This document shows, piece after piece, positions 13,411-26,155 of a stretch of DNA of 64,000 bases. The notes below the pieces were generated by a model that was given only the letters and a program-made list of their open reading frames with translations, ran no database searches and was not told the origin of the DNA. The DNA is from Camelus dromedarius (Eukaryota). A program made the translations under genes and the position numbers. Position 1 is the stretch's first letter. Every line of letters begins with the position of its first letter. The DNA is taken from the NCBI RefSeq assembly GCF_036321535.1, contig NC_087436.1, forward strand, positions 75,456,001 through 75,520,000. The letters run 5' to 3'.

Positions 13411-13464
<54 letters not shown>
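13411..13464. repeat. (TATC)13 microsatellite
   Basis: Perfect tetranucleotide run read directly. Confidence 0.97.
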
Positions 13465-14039
13465 CATGTACAAAAGCCCGTGAGAGAGGTATCACTGTTT
13501 TAGTTATAAGAGTGGGAGATGAAAATGGAGGGAACTCATGTGACTCATGTCAAAGGGAGAAGTGAGAGTCATTCCCCTCCATCATTCTGTGCACTTTGGA
13601 TCACTGTCTGGGGCATCTGTGGCTTTGACATCAAGCAGTGGGGTCTCCCTGGCAAATGTTCATTGTTATTCCTATAATCCTCAAGCTTATTGTGAAGAGA
13701 GACTCCCTTCCTTAATTTTATGTCCCTTGAGTTAGATAATAGATTCACATCATTCAAGAACTTGAAGGTACCGAAGAGATCAGCTAATAGAGCCCTCTCA
13801 TTTTACAGATGAGAAAACTTTGGTGGTTGACAGGTTATTATTATAATTAAGTTCTGTGGTTTCAGTCTGAGAGGCGGTATGATTGCAGATGTTTAAGAAA
13901 TGACAGTGTTTCTTAGTAGTAACAAAAACAAGCTCTTGTTTCAATAAAATGTCTAGATGTTTAGAAGCAATCTCCTAACTTTTAATAAAGATGTTCACTT
14001 CTAGTTGTTTTATAAGCAACCTTCTAATTCTACTTTATT

Positions 14040-14900
14040 TAAGATATATAAATGATTCATTAGATATTTTAAACAGTACTTTGCTCTCTGATGACAAAAG
14101 TGAATATTTGTTTATTGGAGAAAATTTGTGAAAATAGAAAAGTATGCAAGCAGAGAAAAATCCACTAGTAATCTCTAAACTATGAAAACCACTATTGTTC
14201 CCTCGGTTTTCTTGAAGGGTGGTGGCAATGAAGATGGATGGTTGGATAGGTAGATAGAGATTTATGTTTTTACATATTGTATACTGTGTATCCAGTTTAT
14301 GTCTTGCTTTTTTACATGACATTATGTTGTAAGTAGTTCCCCCACATACTCTTGGAGAACATGATTTCCTATTATTAGATATTTGGGTTATTTCCAATAT
14401 TCACTGAAAGATTTCCAATTTCGCTATAAAGAACAATGAGATGGAATTCTTTGTATTTAAACTTTCTTGTGTATCATTGATCATTTTTCTTCAGATAACT
14501 TCTTAAAAGTGAAATTAGCAGATCAAAGCATCTAAAGATTTTGTGTATTGAAGCTGTGACATCTATGGTCATTAAAATTCAATTTTAAGTTGTCTGTGTC
14601 TAATGATAAACCCAGGGGGAATATTACAGTTAGTACAGCTTCTTTTCAAGTCTGATTACCTTGGGTAGGCCCCAGCTGGCTGAGTTATTCCAGGTGCTAA
14701 AGTGAGAGAAAGCTTTGTGTAGGAGAATCCCACTCCACTGCAGCTCCCCTAAAAATAACTACTATGAATTTTAAACAGTTCCCATATCTGATATTAAAAG
14801 ATATTATCTAATTTTATTTTAATTAATATTTTTTGCAGTTAGTAAAGCTGAATATTCTATAAACTTATTGCTGCATTTTCCATTGGGATTTTTTTCCTTT
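14040..14900 (-). mobile_element. Ancient degraded L1M-type fragment, apparently resuming at ~19710-19950
   Basis: Degenerate L1 3' motifs (gatatttgggttatttccaat, ttcttaaaagtgaaattagcagatcaaag). Confidence 0.5.
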
Positions 14901-14901
14901 T

Positions 14902-15913
14902 AGTATTGTCATCTGCAAATAGTGATTTTTAAATTTTTCCCTTGCAATTTGGATCCCTTTTATTTCTTTTTCTTACCTGATCACTGTGGCAAGGACTTCC
15001 AAAATTGTGCTGAATAAAAGTGATGACAGTGGGCATTCTTATCTTGTTCCTGACTTTAGAGAAGAATTTCAGCTTCTTACCACTGAGTGTGATGTTAGCT
15101 GTGGGTTTGTTGTATACGGCTGTTATTATGTTGAAGTATGTTCCTCTGTACCCACTTTGTTGACAGTTGTTGTCATAAATGAATATAGGATTTTGTCAGA
15201 TGCTTTTTCTGCATCTTTTGAGATGATCATGTGATTTTTATCCTTTGCTCTGTTAACATGGTGTATCACATTGATTGATTTGTGGATATTGAACCATCTT
15301 GCATCCCTAGAATAAATCCCACCTGATTCTGACATATGATCCTTTCAATGTATTGAATTCTGTTTGCTATTTCTTTTTTTTTTTTTTTTTAGGATTTTTA
15401 CATCTATTTTATCCCAGATATTATCTTGTAATTTTGTTTTTTTGTAGTGTCTTTGTCTGGCTTCCCTTGTATGTGAGGCATTGTTTCTCTCTTCTTGCTT
15501 TTAAAATTCTCTCCTTATCTTTTGTTATATTAATGACATGTTTTGGTGTTAATCTCTTTGAGTTCATCTTGTTTGGGACTATTTCCTTCCCCAGCTTAGG
15601 GAAGTTTTCAACCATTATTTCTTCAAATAACTTTTCTATACCTTTCTCTCTTCTCCTTCTGCAACCCCTGTAGTGTGAATGTTAGTATGCTTGATGTTGT
15701 CTCAGAGGTCCCTTAAGCTATCCTCATTTTTTTTTTTAATTCTTTTTTTCTTTTTGCTGTAATGATTAGGTGATTTCCACTAGTCTGTCTTCCATGTTGC
15801 TTATGTATTCTTTTGTGTTATCTGCTGTTGACTCCTTCTGGTGTTGTTGTTGTTGTTGTTTTTCATTTTAGTTGTTGTATCCTTCAGTTCTCATTGTTTC
15901 TTTTTTATATTTT
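14902..15913 (-). mobile_element. Older antisense L1, part 1: ORF2 RT-region fragment (14902-15460) fused by internal deletion to ORF1 (15461-15913)
   Basis: Minus-strand peptides [36 protein letters not shown] (ORF2) and ENFPKLGKE..TPKHVINITKDKERILKARREKQCLTYKG (ORF1). Confidence 0.9.
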
Positions 15914-16344
15914 AGAATTCGGCAAGGTAGCAGGTTACAAGATTAATGTACAAAAATCAGTTGCATTTCTTTACACTAATGATGAATCAACAGGAAAAGA
16001 AAGTAAAGAAACAATCCCCTTTAAAATAGCACCCAAAGTAATAAAATACCTAGGAATAAATCTAACCAAGGAGGTGAAAGACTTAAACATGGAGAACTAT
16101 AAAACACTGATGAAGGAAATTAAAGAAGACTTAAAAAAATGGAAAGATATCCCATGCTTCTGGATTAGAAGAATCAATATTGTTAAAATGGTCATACCGC
16201 CCAAGGCAATCTACAGATTTAATGCAATCCCTAGCAAATTACCCAAGACATATTTCACAGAACTAGAACAAATCTTAATAAAATTTATATGGAACTACAA
16301 AAGACCTAGAATTGCCAAAGCATTACTGAAGAAAAAGAAAGAGG
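15914..16344 (+). mobile_element. Younger L1 ORF2 segment A (post-RT region)
   Basis: [33 protein letters not shown]; colinear with 17610-18040. Confidence 0.95.
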
Positions 16345-18734
16345 ATACAGGCCTTCCTCAAAAAAAAGAGAACAATCTCAAATAAACAATTTAACCCACC
16401 AGCTGAATGAACTAGAAAAAGAAGAACAAAAAAACCCAAAAGGCAGCAGAAGGAAGGAAATTATAACAATTGGGGAGGAAATAAATAAAATACAGATTAA
16501 AAAGACCATAGAAAAATTCAATCAAACCAAAAGCTGGTTTTTTGAAAAAGTAAATAAAATCGATAAAACCTCTAGCCAAACTCACAAAGAAGAAAAAAGA
16601 GGGAGCACAAATTAGCAAAATAAGAAAGGATAATGGAGAAATTATAACAGATTAAATAGAAATACAGAATATCATACGAGAATATTAGGAAAAACTATAT
16701 GGAACCAAACTGGATAACCTAGAGGAAATGGACAAGTTTCTGGAAACATACTGTCCACCAAGACTGAATCAAGAAGAAACTGACCACTTGAACAAACCGA
16801 TCACTAGAAATGAAATCGAAATAGCAATAAAAAACCTCCCTACAAGTAAAAGTCCAGGACTGGACGGCTTCACTGGGAAATTCTACCAAACATACAAAGA
16901 AGAACTCATACCAGTCCTTCTCAGACTCTCAGAAGATCAAAAAGGAGGGAATACTCCCAAACTCCTTCTATGAAGCCACCATCACCCTGATACCAAAACC
17001 AGGCACAGACACTATCAAAAAAGAGAATAATAGGCCAATATCACTGATGAACACAGACGCCAAAATCCTCACCAAAATATTAGCAAATAGAATCCAACAA
17101 CACATAAAAAAGATTATACATCATGACCAAGTGGGGTTCATCCCAGGGACACAAGGGTGGTTCAACATATGCAAATCAATCAATGTAATACATCACATCA
17201 ACAAGAGAAAGGACAAAAACCACATGATCATCTCAATAGATGCAGAAAAAGCTTTTGATAAAATTCAACACCCATTTATGATAAAAACTGTCACCAAAGC
17301 AAGTGTAGAGGGAACATATCTCAACATAATAAAAGCTATATATGACAAACCTACAGCCAGCATAGTACTCAATGGTGAAAAACTCATAAGCTTCCCACTA
17401 AAATCTGGGACAAGACAAGGATGCCTACTATCACCACTCCTATTCAACATAGTCTTGGAAGTCCTAGCCACAGCAATCAGACAAGAGAGAGAAATAAAAG
17501 GGATCCAAATTGGAAAAGAAGAGGTTAAAGTGTCACTATATGCCAACAACATGTTACTATATATAGAAAACCCTAAAAGGTCCACACAAAAACTACTAGA
17601 GCTGATTGAAGAATTCAGCAAGGTAGCAGGTTACAAGATTAACGTTCAAAAATCAGTTGCGTTTCTTTACACTAATGATGAATCAACAGAAAGAGAAAGT
17701 AAAGAAACAATCCCCTTTAAAATAGCACCCAAAGTAATAAAATACCTAGGAATAAATCTAACCAAGGAGGTGAAAGAATTATATGTAGAAAACTATAAAC
17801 CATTGATGAAGGAAATTAAAGAAGACTTTAAAAAATGGAAAGATATTCCATGCTCTTGGATTGGAATAATCAATATTGTTAAAATGGTCACACTGCCCAA
17901 GGCAATCTACAGATTTAATGCAATCCCTATCCAATTACCCAGGACATATTTCACAGAACTAGAACAAATCATAATAAAATTCATATGGAACCATCAAAGA
18001 CCTAGAATTCCCAAAGCATTACTGAAGAGAAAGAAAGAGGCTGGAGGAATAACTCCCCCAGACTTCAGACAATACTATAGAGCTACAGTCGTCAAGACAG
18101 CATGGTATTGGTACAAAAACAGACATATGGACCAACGGAACAGAATAGAGAGCCCAGAAATGAACCCACAAACTTTTGGTCAACTAATCTTCGACAAAGG
18201 AGGCAAGAATATACAATGAAATAAAGACAGTTTCTTCAGCAAATGGTGTTGGGAAAACTGGACGGCAGCATGTAAACAGTGAAGCTAGAACACTCCCTTA
18301 CACCACATACAAAAATCAACTCAAAATGGATCAAAGACTTAAACATAAGACAAGATACAATAAACCTCCCAGAAGAAAATATAGGCAAAACATTATCTGA
18401 CAGACATCTCAAAAATGTTCTTCTAGAGCAGCCTACCCAAGCAATAGAAATAAAAGCAAGAATAAACAAATGGGACCTAATGAAACTTACAAGCTTCTGC
18501 ACAGCAAAGGAAACCATAAGTAAAACAAAACAACAACCTACGGAATGGGAGAAAATTTTTGCAAACGATGAAACTGACAAAAGCTTGATTTCCAGAATAT
18601 ATAAGCAGCTCTTATGACTTAATAAGAAAGAAACAAACAACCCAATCCAAAAATGGGCAGAAGACCTAAACAAGCAATTCTCCAAGGAAGAAATACAAAT
18701 GATCAGTAAGCAAATGAAAAAAATGCTCAATATC
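16345..18734 (+). mobile_element. Younger L1 ORF2 segment B (Z region, RT, downstream region); disrupted, with no endonuclease domain, 3'UTR or poly(A)
   Basis: ORFs 16728-16973, 17047-18219 and 18279-18617 are L1 ORF2p ([37 protein letters not shown]); YADD reads YANN; frameshifts and stops present. Confidence 0.97.
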
Positions 18735-19707
18735 TAACTCTTTGTTGAACTTTTCACTGTGGTCTGTCATTCTCCCAATTCCTGTAAGCATCTTTATGAT
18801 CATTGCTTTGAACTCCTTACTATGTAAATTACTTACCTTTGTTTCATTAGATTTTTTTTCTGGGGTTTTATCTTATTTTTTCTTTTGGAACAGATTCCTC
18901 TGCATCCTCATTTTGTTTGATTTTCTGTGTTTCTGTGAATCTGGGGAGACCATTACCTCTCCCGGTCTTGAAGGTGAGGCCTTGTGTAGGAGTGTCCCGT
19001 TTGTAGATTGTGTATGCCAGGTGGCCTTGGAAGGCCAGTTGGGGCTGGAGCAGGTGTGGGCTGGGGTGGGCTTTAGCGTGCTTCAGGCTGGGTTAGAGCC
19101 TCCCTGGCAAGATGCCTGAAGCTGAAGTGGGCACCAGCCAAGGCTCTCCTGGGCTGAGTTGGGGTTGCTGCCTTGATGGGATGGCTAGAGTTGGAGTTGG
19201 TGCAGGCTGGAGGGCATGCTGGGAAGACCTTGTCAAACTGGCTAGAGTGCCGGGTGTTTTTCATACTGCTGCCTCTGTGCTGGGACTCAGAGAGAGTGAG
19301 TTTGTGCACAAGCCCTTCAGGAGTGGAGTCTCGGTTTCCTGTAGCTCTCCGGCTTCCACAGCTGTGAGCCCCACCGGTTTTCAAAGCCAGTTACGAGAGC
19401 CTCTCTTCCTAGTGTAGGTCTCCAGGGCTGTGGTGCCCAATATGGGGCTTGAACCCCTCACTCCTCAGGGAGGACCTCCAAGTTTGTTATCCCATTCTGC
19501 TTTTGAGTTGCCTGCTGCGGGGAGGGGTCTCCTCCTACCCATCTCGATGGGTTTTTTTCTTTATATCCTAATTGTAGAAGAGCTGTTCCACTAATCTGCA
19601 GGTTGTTCTTAAGAGACAGTTGCTTTACATGTAGTTATAAATTTGCTGTGTCCATGGGAGGAGGTGAGCTTAGAATCTTCCTACTCTACCATCTTGATCT
19701 TGCCTCC
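18735..19707 (-). mobile_element. Older antisense L1, part 2: ORF1 5' part and 5'UTR
   Basis: Continues the sequence broken at 15913; homologous to 35660-36790; minus strand begins ggaggcaagatcaagatggtagagtaggaag, an L1 5' terminus with a decayed YY1-type motif. Confidence 0.85.
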
Positions 19708-21766
19708 TGTCTTGGATTTTTGTTTCTTCCTATTGCTTGTAAAGGCTTTGATGTAGTAGAGTGTAATTCTAATTAATATAACTTGCAGTTTTTAAAAATC
19801 AGTTTGTTATTTGCCTTTTAAATTTTTTATAATGTATATTTGACAGACTTTAAAATTTTTAACTCATTGGAACCTATCAATTTTTCTCTTGTAATTTCTT
19901 CCTTTGCTTTTATGCTTGGTCCTTTCAAAGTGCAAAGGTCAATTGCCTGCTATATTTTATCAGTCAATAGTTTATTAGCAAGTTGTGAACTTGCCCATTA
20001 TATGATGTACTAAATTTGAAATTTTATATTTAATTATAGAAGAAGTACAAGTTGATGGGAGGGGACTCGGCCTTGGCATCTACATCCATTACCACAATCA
20101 CAGTCACACAGAGGTGTGAAAACGAATAGGAAGGCCGGAGATTCCTGCAGTGGAGAGAAGGGAGAGGAGTGAGCACCTCTTACCTGCCACCCTTCTTGCT
20201 GGCTCTTTAACAACTCCCTTGTTTAACCTTTATAATATTCAAGTGAAGGGAATATTGTCATACCATTTCAGTTTTTTAGACCAGGAAGCTGAAACTTAGA
20301 AAGATTAAGGCACTCATTCATAGTCCCCACAGCAGAGAGGGCTGAGCTGGAATCTGAGAACATGTATGCATCCAAGGAAGTACTTGGTTCATCCAACTCA
20401 GTGCATTCCTTGTATTTCTGCCCTCTGGTAGTCCCAGTGAGTCCACCTAAGGAAAGTAATCGTGATAGCAAGATGAGGACTTGGTTCCCAAATAATTGGA
20501 AGACAGTGACTATGACTATAGTTGTTACAATAATAGCGTAAGTTCTTAGTATTCCAAAATGTCAGACCTGGCGTGCTTGCAACCTGCAGGGATTTGCAGA
20601 ATAAAGAAGTACTGTCTTGTTTAGGTAAGACGGGGTTCTTTTGTGTTTGAAAGAGAATAATTATTCTGGATGCTGGCTTGAAGAGAGGCTAGAGAATGTT
20701 TATTTTCTATGTTACGACACAGATGAAATCCTCAGATTATATTTGGGTGATTGAGCACCTGCAATGTGTGATGTTTTTAATGGAAGTCTATATATGATTT
20801 GTGCTGAATCAGATATCATATGCTACATTTAAGTGAGGCAAAGGAAGGCAGGTTCCAATATTTAAGAAAATGTTATAGGATGAAAACTTTTTTCATTAAG
20901 CTAATTATTTTCATACATCTTTTAAAAGGATTTCATACATCTTTCCATTCTGCCATTGAGAACATATTTAAGAGCTACTTCCCCAAGCAGTCAACATATT
21001 TGTAGTTTTTTGCATTCAGAGTTCAGCCCCCATCACTCTGCATCACATCTTGAGAGTGGTTCATTTACTTTTGGTACTTGGTAAATCACCTAACTCAAAA
21101 CATGGTTCTGTTAGATCCCTGATGCAGTGCTGCCTTTGGGAATGCTGTACCCCAGCCTGAAGTTGACTAGGAGCGTTCTGCATGTAGATGGGCACCCTCA
21201 CAAGGATTTATGGGAGAACTGGATTCGCCAGATGCCTCCTGCTGCCAATCACACTTTCCCTGGGGCCCTCAGATCCTTGGAACAGGAGAGAGAGAAAGAT
21301 GGGGGCAGGGAGAGATTGAGAACCCAAATATGGAAATGCATCAGGGTAAAAAGTAAAGCCAAAAAATGAAACAGGATCAGAGTGAGAGCTATAGAAAATA
21401 ATATAACTATTATAAAGAATTCAGTAGATACATGTGTACGTGTATGTATTTTACTTTGGTCTTCATAGAATTTTCTAAATGATGAGATTGGGGTAATTTT
21501 TATTTTCTATTTGTGCTTTTCTGAAAGTTTCAAGTATAAAATCTTAGGAATGAAGAAAGGAAAATGAAAGTTTATTTTTAAATTAGTCTCTGTCTGACTT
21601 GGAATATTGCAAACCCTGTTCTCAACCTTGCTAGCCTAGAGCCTTCTTCCATCCTTCCTGAGTTCCATCCTTCATTTGTTTGAAAGAAGGCTTACTTCTG
21701 TTCAGTCAAATGAAAGCTTGTATTCTGACAATAACCTTATCTTTCTTTCTTTTTCCTAACACACAG

Positions 21767-21926
21767 CATGGCACAGAGTGGGCCTCCCCCCCATGTAGTG
21801 TGTGCTCTTGCACTCATGGGGAAGTCCGGTGCACCCCTCAGCCATGCCCACGGCTGACGTGTGGACACCAGGAGCTGGAAGTCATCCCCGAAGGAAGCTG
21901 CTGCCCAGTCTGTGTGGGCCCTGGGA
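21767..21926 (+). CDS. FRAS1: FRAS1 exon 5 equivalent, 160 nt, VWC2 (HGTEWASPPCSVCSCTHGEVRCTPQPCPRLTCGHQELEVIPEGSCCPVCVGPG)
   Basis: cctaacacacag|CAT acceptor, GGGA|gtgagt donor; phase 0-1. Confidence 0.97.
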
Positions 21927-23673
21927 GTGAGTATGAGTTTACAGAGAGAGACATTCTTTTCCTCTGAGGTTTACCTGGGGACATCCCAGCTCTTCTCTTT
22001 CTTGCTCAGTGTGGCTCAGAGATCCCTAACCCCATTCTTTACTGGAACCTGGATGTAGTCTTGCACTTGGCAGGAAGCGATGTCAAAGAAAGAGAGGTTG
22101 GAACAAATCTTTAAGCTCCATTCCAAACTTGAGATTCTGCGACCCTCTGATTTATTATTTTGCCTTGGCCAGATGCACCCCTCTGCGTTCATAGCTCCTG
22201 AGAAAGAAAGGGAGGAAGAACAAGATCCTTTGATATGATTCCATGAGGCCAAGCTACCTCCGCCTGCCTCTTGGTGGAGAGAAGAACGAACAAATCACTT
22301 CTCCGGGCAGTATCACTAGCACTGAGTGTCCTGACTGGTCTTTGTGTCCACGCAGGTGGCATAACATCTTTCTCCAAAACACACTGAGCAGGAAGCAGGT
22401 ATTTAATCTGTCTTTATGGCATCTTTGCTGTAGAGATTGTGCCTCCCTGCAGACCAAGGCACGGCTCAGCAAGCCCGGGACACACTTGTAGGTCTTCCTC
22501 TCCTCAGAATCCATGCTTGGTCTGAGTACCCCTTATTACATTTTAGGGATATATGTCCCTTTCCATTTTTATAATGAAGTAGTATCTACTTCACAATAAA
22601 TACAAATTATTGTCATTGCTGCATTATATTCTGCCTTGGAATATAATCGCTAAAATGATAGTATTTTAAATAACACCTGGAAGCTACATTCTATTCTTGC
22701 CTTGTCCCTTTAAAAAGCCCTCTGATTTCTTTTTGATCCCCAGTTATTCCATTCCTGGCAACCATTTACCCTGGAGAACCATTCCAGGGATTCAAAATTG
22801 TGTTAGGAAATGATGAAAGTAGAATGCATTCCTCTTGGATTTCAGATGTCACCCACCAGAAAAGGACCAGCAGCTGCTTGGGGCCAAATAACCCTGCAAG
22901 TAAAAACACTCCAACAGTAGAGTTTAGAGATGGGCTGAAGAGTGGGCTCTCTGAATTTGTGGGCTCCTTTCTTATGTTTTAGGAGGCCTTCTTGTTGGCT
23001 CTCCATGAGAAAGATCTATTAGAAATATTTTTTCCTGGAGAGGTTGAAGGATCAGCCAGTGCTCACGCCATCATTTGCTGGGTGCCTAATAAAAATACAG
23101 GGTCCCAGTTCACCAAGCAGGGGGAGGGGGAACTTTTCTTTCCTTCTGTGGTCTTTCTCAACCTGTCATGTTTTTAATTTGCTATTAGTGACACCCTCCA
23201 TCAGGCACGGGGATATTTGCCAGGTGGATGAGGCCTCCACGGGCACGCTGGGCCCCACCCAGCTACTTGGTGTGTAGGGCACGTGCACGCCCCAGGCACC
23301 CACACCCATGTACCCACTGTGGGTGGAGTGTGGCAGCGTTCACTGAGCAGATTTGGGATCAGGCTCCTGAGAACCCAGGAAGGCAGGGGTGCAGCAGGAG
23401 GGAGGTGGGACCATGCCTGAGCTGAGGCTCCAGACCCCTAGCACATGCTACCTTGTCGCCCCAGACTTCACTTAGGAAACTCAGAGAGAAAGTTATTAAG
23501 ACTCGCACATGGTGACTGCAGAGCATTACCGCCCTAGTGTGGGGCCCACTTGTTTGCACTGCGCCCCTGAGCACCGGGCCCTGCGTGACTGCACTGGCCG
23601 CGCAGCCATGCAGTCAGCCCTGGGATAAGCGAGTGCAATGCTCCCAGTCATCCTTACTTCTCTGACCTTCCAG

Positions 23674-23807
23674 AACCCTGTTCCTACGAAGGCCATGTGT
23701 TTCAAGATGGGGAGGACTGGCGGTTGAGTCGGTGCGCCAAGTGTACGTGTCGAAATGGGGTTGCCCAGTGCTTTGCAGCTCAGTGTCAGCCTCTGTTTTG
23801 CAACCAG
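23674..23807 (+). CDS. FRAS1: FRAS1 exon 6 equivalent, 134 nt, VWC3 (KPCSYEGHVFQDGEDWRLSRCAKCTCRNGVAQCFAAQCQPLFCNQ)
   Basis: ctgaccttccag|AA acceptor, CAG|gtaagg donor; phase 1-0. Confidence 0.97.
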
Positions 23808-25124
23808 GTAAGGAAGACAGCCTCGGAGTGGACCCTTCACAGATTTAACTTCACTGTTCAGTGACTTGGAGTCTCTTCTGAGATCATGTCAGGCGGGCCT
23901 CGGAAGTACGGGGAACGAGAAGCAAAGGCTGTTCTATATTCCTTCTCCTTTTGGAGACCACCCCTGAGACATTTCTTTTACCCTTAGAAGCTACATATAG
24001 GTCTAATTACCAGCCATTTAGGCTCATTGTTACAGAATGAAAATGAGCCTTGAGGATACACACCGAGAAGCTGCCAACCTGAGTTGCAGATGTTCCAAAA
24101 ATGTCAAGCTAAACATCTGGAAAATTCAGTAAGATGATCAGGATTGTTAATGTTTTCAGTGCATAGGTATTATCTGCTTTTTAAAGACATTATACATGTC
24201 TTTGAACCTGGTTATCCAGATGTACATTGTTTAATTTTCTTATAAGCTAATGATTCAAATTATCAAGGGATTTTCTCTGGGGAGGTTTAAAATAGTGGGA
24301 TCTTGTTCTTCATTTAAAGCCAATCTGATTTTCAAAACATGAAGCTCTTCATACAGATTTAGAAGAGAAAATCAATTGCAAATAAATTTGATATACGTGG
24401 TATTTTCTAATTTTTTGTTCTTCTCGAAGCTCCTGTAGATGTTCCTTGGCAGTTGACAGATATCCATGAAAGGAGTTTGCCTCCAGTTGAAAAATGGCTC
24501 ATTTTTGATCTATGGAAAAGCTGGAAGCCAACATTCAGTTGATACAGAGCAGTATTTTGTGTCAAATAAAACAAAATCAATAACATGGCATATTGTGACA
24601 ATTGGGCAATATTTTAAAGGCAGACAAAAGGCAATTAGACAAGAAATGCTAACTGCCAAATAAAGGGAACATGTATCTAATTGAAAGGCTAGATTGTGTT
24701 ACCCACACTGTAGTACATGCTGCACGCCTGTCATGTCTCCCCATTCATCGCCAAGTCTTGTCCTGGCTCTGAGATTACAAATGAGCTTCTTGGTAGAGCT
24801 GCATAATATCTTACATTCAGAGGACATTGTAGTGTTGGGGCATTTTGATTTACACATTCCAGGCTTTAGCCCCCTTGTGTATGAAGGATAATTAAGCAGT
24901 TTATCACCATTATAATAAGGAGGTGGGAGGAGGGATGGAGGAAACACCATGGTGTACCTTTCGCTTTAAATCTTTAAAACCTTAACCATGAACTGTGTAT
25001 CAGGGGTTAGATTGAAAGTACTGGTTCCCATTTTTTAAAACATTAAATATAAATTCTATCTTCAAACAGTACTCCCTTATAGTTTGCATTGGTTAATTTC
25101 AAAAGATGGAATTTGTTACCATAG

Positions 25125-25531
25125 TTTTTTTTACAGATATATATACATGTATTCCTTTTCCTATTCTTTTTGGTGTTGAATATAGTTCCCTGTGCTATAC
25201 AGTATGACCTTGTTGTTTATCTAGTTTATATATAGTAGTTAGTATTTGCAAATCCTGAACTCCCAGTTTATCCCTCCCTATTCCCTTTCCTCCTTGGTAA
25301 CCATAAGTTTGTTTCTATGTCCGTGACTCTATTTCTGTTTTGTAAATAAGTTCATTTGTGTAATTTTTTTAAGAGTCCACATATAAGTGATATCGTATGT
25401 TATTTTTCTTTCTCTTTCTGGCTTAATTCACTTACTATGACAATCTCCAGGTCCATCTATGTTGCTGCAAATGGCATTATTTTATTTTTTTATGGCTGAG
25501 TAGCATTCCATAGATGATTATATATATACAC

Positions 25532-25563
<32 letters not shown>

Positions 25564-25668
25564 CACACACACACAACTTCTTTATTGAATCTTCTGTCAA
25601 TGGACATTTAGGTTGCTTCCGTATCTTGGCTATTATAAACAGTGCTGCTGTATTGGGGTGTATGTATC
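25125..25668 (-). mobile_element. L1 3' end (5'-truncated) with an internal (TA)n/(CA)n run
   Basis: Same 3'UTR motifs as 10878-11241, extending into the ORF2 C-terminus (tggacatttaggttgcttcc). Confidence 0.9.
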
Positions 25669-25929
25669 TGTTACAGTACTTTAGAGTTAAGTGATAGGTA
25701 AGCATTCTGAAGTCTTGGAAGTAGATTGATTTTAATCACTCTTACCTCAAGTCTATAGTTTTTGCCTTGACATTAAAAAAATCCAATTGTTAAATTATTT
25801 AAGCCATTTTTTCTTGATTTAATATCACTATTAGGTATTGAGTGTTCTGAGGATATAAAGAGGTGCTATAGAATTAGCACCGATTGGAAACATTTATCAC
25901 TACCACAATCTAACCATCACCACATTTTG

Positions 25930-26155
25930 GGCATTTATTATGTGCCAGTCATTAATTTTAAGGGTTTTTAATCCTTATAACAACCTATGAAGTAGCCACT
26001 ATTATTATCATCTCATTTTACAGTAAATAAAACTGAGACTCAGAGAGTTTAAATATTTCACTCAGGGTACCACAGTTAGGAAGTGTCAGTGCTTCTAACC
26101 TAGACAGTTCTACATCTCAACCTCAAAGGACCACAGTTGACTCATATCTTTAACC
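25930..26155 (-). mobile_element. MIR SINE
   Basis: ctcattttacagtaaataaaactgagactcagagagtttaa core. Confidence 0.75.

Noticed and set aside
17047..18219. 390-aa reverse transcriptase ORF as a novel RT system or domesticated gene
   Set aside because: Plainly L1 ORF2p, flanked by frameshifted L1 sequence, with the catalytic YADD changed to YANN.
23230..23640. GC-richer stretch before exon 6 as a CpG-island promoter
   Set aside because: CpG density looks modest and I found no supportable promoter architecture.
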